Made by a program: the position numbers and the translations under genes. Below, in pieces: positions 55,346 to 64,000 of a DNA stretch of 64,000 nt; position 1 is the first letter of the stretch; the number at the start of each line of letters is the position of its first letter. The stretch comes from Laetmonice hystrix (taxonomy: Eukaryota), in contig OZ249439.1 in NCBI GenBank assembly GCA_965235115.1, forward strand, positions 29,078,001 through 29,142,000. The letters run 5' to 3'. Under the pieces are notes generated by a model. That model saw only the letters and a list, made by a program, of their open reading frames with translations. It was not told the origin of the DNA and did not search any database.

Positions 55346-57975
55346 CTCCCTCCTTCACTGCTAAACGGATGCATAGAATATCTATAAATCTTCAATTCTC
55401 CCCACAAAATGAAGTCTCAGTCGTCGTATTTATGTTTATATTATATGCAATTATAGATGGCATGAGGATCGCCACATAACCAACTTTACAGACCATCGTA
55501 GCCCGTAGGCACATGTACTAATATTAGGACAACAATTGCGAGGCTCTTTGGTTTTTTCTTGGCTAATTGAGGGATATTTTGTCCAGGATACATATTGTGT
55601 GGGTCAAAAAATGTAACACGACACATTGTATCATCAACGTCACGGCCACTGACAAGAATGAAGTAGAATGGATTGTCACAATATGACCAGTGTAAAGAAC
55701 ACTTAGACTCATAATTATGGTACAAGAATATAGTCAAGATAACGCTACTCTAAGGATCTCACAACTTTTACGTTTTATATACTGCCTCTAACTACACGTA
55801 CATCTAAGTTACATAATTTGACATTCATGAGTAGCCCAAATGTCTTCAAAGGTCTGCTCCTCACTGATAGTCATATGCAACATCCCATCATCCAAAAATC
55901 CCCCCCCCCCCCAACTTATATACTGGTACTTTGATATTTCCCCCCAAAATTCCTCAGGAAATATTTGTGGAATGGTCTGATTTGGTGCAACTAATGAGAG
56001 CCCACGACAATCAATCATTATTACTTACTTCGTATTCTCTCCGGAACTTGATCATTTGTTTAATTTATTGTCTCTATCATGAGCCATCATACTTTGTCTC
56101 TGCTGCAAGTGTAAGGCGGGATATAAACATAAGGTCAAAACATTTAGCCCCGGGTTGGATGGGACAAAAACCGCTGCATGGATGATATCTGCCCTCGCTG
56201 AACCACCAATGTACAACTAAACTACAAGCAGACTTTATCCCGGACTGCACACATTGGTCTCATCGTAATACCCTAACCCCTAACTGCTGTTACAAATATG
56301 TGAATTAATCAAATAAAGACTGCATTCTGTACAACATTCCTTCAAGTTGCTCAAGGCATCATCAGGAGGTTTTCATCACTTCTTCCTGGAGGTTTTCGAC
56401 TTTTGGGGGGGGGGGGGGGGGAATGGTGCGAGTTTGGGGGGGAGAGATTTTTTTTGGGGGGGGGGAGTAGCTGAATAATGGGGGGGGGGGGTCTTCCCCC
56501 CGAAAAGGGCCTGCAGGAAACCCTGTACGGATCCCTACCCTTGAAAAATTTTAGGGTACGGAATTTTACCCATTTTACCCTCTGGCGGAAACCCTGATCA
56601 CCAATATATGGATCAGGATCTGTCTAAATCTATGACTATCCCATCAATCTTTGATCAGAAATGACACGATAATCCAAGAAGAATGCAGTAATCTGCACAA
56701 GACTAAATCTGCCCGAGGGAAACTTTGATACAAAGCTCAATAACATTTAACATGCATCATCTAAACACCAACATCGGTTTAGTGAACACTGACTGCTGCA
56801 GGCACTAACTGCCTCCCCGCCAACACAGAGCAGGAGTGGCCAGGCCTGCGTTCCATCAGGTGATCTCCGAATCTAGGTCACACACAGGGAAGGAGCGATG
56901 CTATCTGAGGGCAGCTGCACCCAGCGTCTCCAGCGGGCTCTGCATCCCTCCCAGTCAGCACCTAATCCTTGGACAGCCAAATCCAGCCAGTCCGAGTCCT
57001 ACGCTAGCGCTAAGATTTTTCGCCCTTTAGTTTAGCCAATCTGGCTAATTCCTTTAGCCAGCTTCTATGAACTTTTAGCCAGAAACTTGTTAGCATGAAT
57101 GTAACCCCAATAGCTTATAAAGCATCCTATACGATGTCATGATCATTTGAGAATACAGATACAATACAATATTGTACTGTTGGAAAGAGACACATTTCAG
57201 AAGTTGACACGCAGCAATAAACCCCCTATTCTCATGCAGGTAGTTTTTGTACCACTTAAGTATAACAGGTACTGTACTAAAGAGAACGAGTTAGAGTGGC
57301 TAAATGTTAAGTTGAAATTAAAAATAAATAATTCCATGAACATTTTTTATTCATGATCGTTTTTGATCTGCACTTAAATTGGCGAACTGGCGAACGGCTA
57401 GAGCTCTCAAACGTAGAGTCCTGGAAAGGTATGTAAGAATCTCTGGCGACCAGGAAGTTGGACATCGCAAATGAGAGCATGGAGTCAGTTTATTTCACGT
57501 GTATAATAAAAGGGGGGGGGGGTTCATTTTGAATGGTTTTTTTCTTTAACCTCGATATGACACACTTTTGAACTGCACTTTACTCTCCCCACATCCCTGC
57601 CTAAAGCATACATTCATAACATTTTTCTGAAGGATCTTTCTCTTAGCCAATCCTTTCTCCTCCGAGCGACGAGTTCAGGAAGAAACACCCCCCGCCTTGA
57701 AAATCTCTCCACCATCACCCAGTTCACTAACCATAAATTAAAATTTTAAAAAAGACACCAAAATAATGCAATCTCAGAACGTCTTGTTTGGAAATATGAA
57801 GATTTCCTTTGGTTAAAATAATGCACTTTTTACACTCCTATTTTACAAACATGCCCTTAAGTTAAAATAGTATTTTTTCAAGGGGGGGGGGGGGGTTCCG
57901 GAATAATTGGAAACCACCCAGGATACACCACTGACCTGGATGTGAACAATCTATCCATCAATTTCAACCAAGTTG

Positions 57976-58058
57976 CAGCTGCTGCTGCTGCTGCTGCAGC
58001 TGCTGCTGCTGCTGCTGCAGCTGCTGCTGCTGCTGCTGCAGCTGCTGCTGCTGCTGCT
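57976..58058. repeat. (GCT)n microsatellite with a 21-bp superperiod
   Basis: gcagctgctgctgctgctgct repeated about 4 times. Confidence 0.95.
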
Positions 58059-58287
58059 CCTGCAGCATGCAGAATGGTGGTGGTGGTACTAAAAGTGCCT
58101 GGACCTTGAGTATCACTGTCCTCACAGTTCGCTATGTGAGGAGCAATCAAGATCTGGTATTGTGATGAGCAGTCGGCAGGTCAGAAAAGAACATTGATAA
58201 TCTGTCTACAAACAATGGCCTCCTAATTCCCTCCCAAATTATCCACCAAAAGGTAATATTATACACTTGGCACAGCGAAGTATTCTG

Positions 58288-58427
58288 GGGACTGTTTCTT
58301 TCACTAAACACTCGTATTTTATGAGCTCGTATTTTCTGTAGATCGTAATAGCAAAATGTACGAGTTTTTCTTATTTACGAGCTATAAGGCAACATACGAG
58401 CTCGTACAGTCTTAGTGAAACAAACCC
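58288..58427. mobile_element. Harbinger-type MITE (CTG TSD), degenerate
   Basis: CTG | GGGACTGTTTCTTTCACTAA ... TTAGTGAAACAAACCC | CTG. Confidence 0.55.
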
Positions 58428-58632
58428 CTGATGGGTCCTTTGTACCACGTGACCATTCCGAAAATACGATATTGGAAACCATAGAAAAAATGTCAAAGTC
58501 GAAACAACGTCAATATGGGCCAGTTCGCTCCACAATACAGTTTACAGGACTCAGATAAGTGATATTTTACTGTTACTAACTGTATAGTGCACTTGCCTCC
58601 ATCCAATATTTGTATACTGAAACCTTCTTTAA

Positions 58633-59157
58633 AGGGAGTCGTACAATTCATTTTTTTGATTTATGGCAGTCTTAGAAACATATGATTCGCATACCTTGGA
58701 CTCCCAGTAACATCATGTGAGACTGTTATGGCCCAGCGACCAGTATTTACTAAGGAAAATATGCCAAATCTCTCGCAAATACGTAGCTCAGAATTAGCGA
58801 GCGGCCCACAGGATATTTGAGTTGGCCGCGGTCGGGCGATGATGACGCGTGATCACGTGACTTCCGGGTGTGGAAGGGAATCTCCCTCTAGTCTAGTGTT
58901 GACCTAAATACCGCATGTACACCCGGAAGTCACGTGATCACGCGTCATCATCGCCCGACCGCGGCCAACTCAAATATCCTGTGGGCCGCTCGCTAATTCT
59001 GAGCTATGTATTTGCGAGAGATTTGGCATATTTTCCTTAGTAAATACTGGTCGCTGGGCCATAACAGTCTCACATGATGTTACTGGGAGTCGAAGGTATG
59101 CGAATCATATGTTTCTAAGACTGCCATAAATCAAAAAAATGAATTTTACGACTCCCT
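58633..59157. mobile_element. Near-perfect palindromic Kolobok-type MITE
   Basis: TTAA | AGGGAGTC ... GACTCCCT | TTAA; arms 58633-58871 and 58919-59157 (239 bp, 3 mismatches seen), 47-bp spacer. Confidence 0.92.
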
Positions 59158-62100
59158 TTAAGTTTTAACCTTAATAAATCCCCTCCTTCCTGTATAACAC
59201 ACTGGTTCATTTGATTAAATACCCGACAGGCCAGGAATTCATTTATTGTGCATACATCTGTGATGTCTACAATCAATGTAACTAATATTTTTTTTCTGGG
59301 AATACGGGTTGGGCTTCCTCTTTTTTCTTTGGCGACTGGGCTGTAAAAAAGGAGCACCAAAATCTCTTAGCCACATAAGAATTTCCACAGCCATATTGTC
59401 CTCCCACCATGCTGCTGATGTTACATAATGACCATTCTTGTTTTCTCAGGTACTCGAGAGGGGCTGGCACCAGCGTGTGAAAAAAAGGTCATATTTTGTT
59501 ACCACTCTGTTTTGTATTTCGCTAATGTGAGGCCAACATAGGATTGATCTGACGGCAGATAGAAGTACGGTACTGTGTCCTTGCTTTGTAACTTTTTGTG
59601 TTTTACCTCACATCATCAGTATGATATTGGATCAGCTAAAACGGGAATTCATGTTATCATTCACATGACAATAGAGCAGACATACCGGGGATATTTCCAA
59701 TTGCTCTGGGCCGACTACAAATAGTCAATTTTCAGATGTTTTCATTAGCTTAAGTAGATTAGCATGTCAGTGAACTCTCCTCTTGTTCTGATAGCCTTTA
59801 TAGGGAGAAACTTAATTTTTCATAAAATATTATTATCAATCTGCCAGCAAATGCTGATACATAATTTAAAATGTGAAAAAATGTGGAAACGTCACGATAT
59901 TATATATTTGCTATTAGAACACTTCGTGAAGTTGGGAAAATGCGGAAATCTGCAGATCCAAAGAAGATTGTCATCCCTGCAAAACACACCATTTTCCTAT
60001 TTTTCACAGGCCAAACGCGACTCAAATGTAGAACTCGTTGGGCCAAGTGAAATCAAACATTGGTCCCCTTGACGTGTACTGCTGAAGAATAGCGAGTTTG
60101 ACGATAGTGTACTCACATTCTCAGAAAAAAATAACAAAAAAAAGCTTTGATGAACTAAAATGCTACAACAAAAGCAATGTGCCCAGGCTGGGTTCGTTTT
60201 ATGATGGGGATTCAATTCAGTCAGTGTCACATGTTCATAATTTCAAAGACAAACTGCAGTTTTCGGTACAAAGAATGCAAAATATGCATAATCAGCTGTC
60301 AATTCAAACTGAAATCGGATTTATCATCAAAATGATTTATAATTCCACTCAAATACGTATGAAATAATAAATTCTAAACAACATGCAGCCTCACTGCAGG
60401 CCCGAGTATTGTAAACGAGTCGATCTACAGACACTGGTCCACAGGTCAATCTTCTGTCATGTCTGACCCCTTTAAAATCTGACACCATGCCAGCTCCCAC
60501 ATCCTGAGATCTTTATGTCTGTCACGCTTCACTATAACTGAAACATGCCCCTTGGGTTGCAGCAGAGCCAGTTCAAGGTCACATCCAGGGCACAATATTC
60601 TGACATATATATATACCCTTGGGGTAAATTTCAGTTTTCCCCAAGTGAAATAATAACAGATTTTGAGGCATGAAACTCCTTTCAATCATCTGGCTAGGAT
60701 TTTTTAAAAAATTTGCTACATGATTTGTACAAGAATTATACTTCTTGCCTGCAAGACAGAATATTCGAGAATACATAATGGACTCATTTTATGAAATGAC
60801 TGGAAATGCTGTTTGAGAGAACTAATTTCCACAATATATATTGTATTAGCCATTGTAATCGTAAAGATCTGTAACTTCAAGCACTTATCTAAAGACCCAT
60901 ATCGGAGAAGTCTGAAAATCATTATGATGACTCAATGAAAGTCAAGGAATATCAACGTGGACAACTGCAAGACACATATTATCTTTTAAATTACTTTTAC
61001 CTCTGACCAATCTTTTAAATTACCTTTACGGTTACCTCTGACCAATGGCAGACATCACATTAATCAATTAAGCACAACTTCTGCTCGGTTTTGTCAAGCT
61101 AGCCATGAGCCATGAAATGTATCCTTCAGTTCGAAATACTTTAAAAATTTTGATTCGCAATACGTTATCCGGTTTGTAAAAGCATTAAGAGCCAATATTT
61201 TGCGACTCATCTCTTAATTTGATTCACAATAGACTGATTTTGGCATGCAAATTGCGATGCAAACCTGGTTAATTCAAGCCCTGTATATATACACATAAAG
61301 AAAAATAAAAACAAACTCAAAGCCAAGGACACCCAGACAATCTTGAGTCACTGTGACAGACGGCCTGACCCAGTGGTTAAAGTTACATTGATTCACCTCA
61401 ACCACGAACCTTCCTCTCTCACTTCCATTTTCTGCACTCCTCTTCCCTTTGCCCTCTTGTCTTCAAACATGACCAATTTTGTTAGTCAAAGATTCCACCT
61501 CACTATCTATGCAGAGTTTCCACTTAAGATATTAAACTTTTAAAATGAAATGGGAAGGTTTTAACTTAAGGCTCTCATAAAATCTTTTCCATTTTTGCCA
61601 GGATGAACTTGGAGGTTCACTGGAGAGTGCTTGAGCTAAATGTAACATTTCAGTCTTTTCTAAGATTATGAATATAACATATTGATGTGCCCTTTTAGTA
61701 AACACAGTTGGTCAATAATATGACCAACTTCCAAGTCAACCGCATGAAGCAAAATGAGATGGATAGAAAAAAACCACAGATCTTCTTGCCACTGGACCAG
61801 GACAAGTACTTGACAACCTGTGCTCGTCCATCCCACTGGGTTCTACAAGTACACTGGAACTTGGAATAGCCTAGAGCCAGAAGAAATACAAGACCCTAGT
61901 GTTGGTTTCAACCCCTGCACTGCCTAAGTTTATGGATGATAATATGATTAAAAACATGTACATACCCTATATCCTGTAGGTTGTGTCCAGATATCTAAAA
62001 AGAAACAGTACATGTTATCAGATAGCATTGAGAAAATATTTACAATCCCTGACATAATTTTTTGATCTTTAGAAATTTTCTTTAGAGAATCTCTATAACA

Positions 62101-64000
62101 AATAAAAGCAACAACATTCTTTTCTTTTTAAATTAACAATATTTATCAAAGCAAATTTCAACAGGTTATGACTACAACGTTCCCTAAAAAACATCTAGAA
62201 CCAATGAATTCAGGACCTCTCCTGACAGCACGTGAACTAAGCTGTGCACGTGCATTAAAATCGAAATGTGTTTATCCCCTTTTTCAATATAAAATTTTTG
62301 AAATGATGAATATTTGGCACTAAATGTTGTCTGGTAAGTCCTTTTAAAAAAAAACAATAACAGTCTTTAAATGGTCCCATAGATTAATATTATTATTAAC
62401 CAGCCTCATTTTTTTTAAATAAAGAAAAAAAAGATTCTCCAGGAATTCAGGATCTGTACAAATTTTTATACTAGGTAAGTTACTTTGTACCCAGTGCACT
62501 TGCACTTTTTAAATTGGTGGTAACATACAAAATGTCATTAGTTTTGACCGAACTTTAATTCTATGCTTTCTTTTAAAAGTATTAGGCATCATTCTTCAAA
62601 ATCACTCAGTCGAAAGATATCTACATAAATTTATGCTTTCTAGCATCTTTTTGGGTACAGCAACCCTGCATAAATGTATTCTGTAAATATCCCCAGTGGA
62701 AAATCCCTTGTCTCCTTGTATATTTAGGCCAGCATGCTTTGGACCTATCCTTATCCTGTTATCATATTTACCACGGGCAAACAATGTCACCAAATATCTA
62801 TTCAACAAGCAGTTATAGACCAACACTTCAGTCCAGGCTCGGAGGCTGCTGATGACTGATTATAAATACAATACTCAAACCACTTGGGTTCTTAGCTAAT
62901 GTTCTGGGGTGCTACGCAATTATTGAAGCACTCGAGTCACCTTGTGTGATATTTTTTTTTTAGGGGGGGGAGGGGCAGCAACTTAGTGTGTAAATTTTTT
63001 CATGCAAATCTAAAACTATATTTGCTTCGTGCCTCTTTTGAATATTCGAATAAAAGTAATCAAATAACCTCTTGGGGTCAATATAAACTGATCTTGGGAT
63101 CCGAAAATATGTTACTAGGCTTCAAAAACTCCGCCATACATTATCTAGTCATGCCCTGGATAATTCTATCAACTTACCCAGGGCATCGGGTGATATGATT
63201 GAATCGGCCATTACTCCAAATTTCTCCTAATGATAAAAATTTTCTAAACTGAAACCCCCCCTACACACACACACACACATACTCAGAATCATTTGCACCA
63301 GCCCCAGGCTAGTGTTATAATAATTTATGGCTGTAAGATAGCAGATGTACACATTCAACTTGCATTTGAAATTTCTGTATCATTGAAAATTAGTGGGGGG
63401 GGGGGGATATCCCCCCAGAGATCCTGAGTGTGGGGGGGGGTTGATCTCCCCCAGTCTCCCCCCTGGGGGAAACCCTGCCTACCTAATAACACTTAAAAGT
63501 AATATTGTTAAAATAACACTTTATACACACAGCCAGTGGCTGCACCGTGGTTTCAAAACCTGTCGGGTGGGGGAGGGGCAAATGAAGGGCAAACAAATAG
63601 TGTCAAAGCTCTCAATCAATGTACCCTTCACTTTTATGTTTTTAACTGGACCTAATTAGGGGGGGGGCTCAACTGGGGGGCAAGCATCATGGCGGGGGGG
63701 GGGGGAGGGAGGGTAAATGCTGTATCATATAGATAAGCTAACTGCATTTGTTTTCATTAAAATTCATCAATTTATCTTAATTAGATTTTAAAACAGAAAA
63801 GGTTTATTTATGATCTCTTGATGCCCCACATTATAATGCAACAGTTGGGATTAGACCTTATTGTTATTATTCAATGTTACAATTGACATGATGTTTTGGT
63901 AGGCCTAGTGTGACTCAGTATGATCAAATAACATTGGCTGCCTGTCTGTCCCACAACATCAATCAGTTTTCGTCACAAAAATAACATTGTCACCTTGGAA

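Noticed and set aside
1-64000. Autonomous transposon, retroelement, viral or horizontally acquired prokaryotic gene
   Set aside because: No ORF with transposase, RT, integrase, capsid or bacterial enzyme motifs in the six-frame track or by eye

Overview
Eukaryotic, intron-rich animal genomic DNA from a draft scaffold with four N gaps. It is probably a lophotrochozoan-type invertebrate, which is an inference from protein style and repeat content. Two genes lie head-to-tail on the minus strand. (1) TMEM131: I reconstructed 33 coding exons by hand (49490 down to 25664). All have GT-AG boundaries and consistent phases, summing to 5813 nt (about 1936 aa). The first exon(s) were not found in 49.5-64 kb. 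(2) The 5' end of a VEGFR/PDGFR (PVR)-like receptor: a signal-peptide exon at 18231-18294 and two exons (5192-5349, 1622-1808) that together make the first Ig domain; the gene runs off the left edge. The non-coding DNA is full of non-autonomous DNA transposons (TTAA-flanked Kolobok-type, CAGG-ended with 5/6-bp TSDs, Harbinger-type with 3-bp TSDs) and tandem arrays (63, 55, 39, 36-40, 35, 91 and 49 bp units). Nearly all other long ORFs in the track are repeat artefacts or antisense shadows. No CRISPR, rRNA, intact tRNA, transposase or prokaryotic system was found, and I cannot support a new biological system. The best leads are an RFX X-box array fused to a splice acceptor, a 239-bp-arm palindromic MITE loaded with promoter motifs, a 2.8-kb minisatellite with a 123-bp higher-order repeat upstream of the receptor, and a stop-free in-frame intron in TMEM131.
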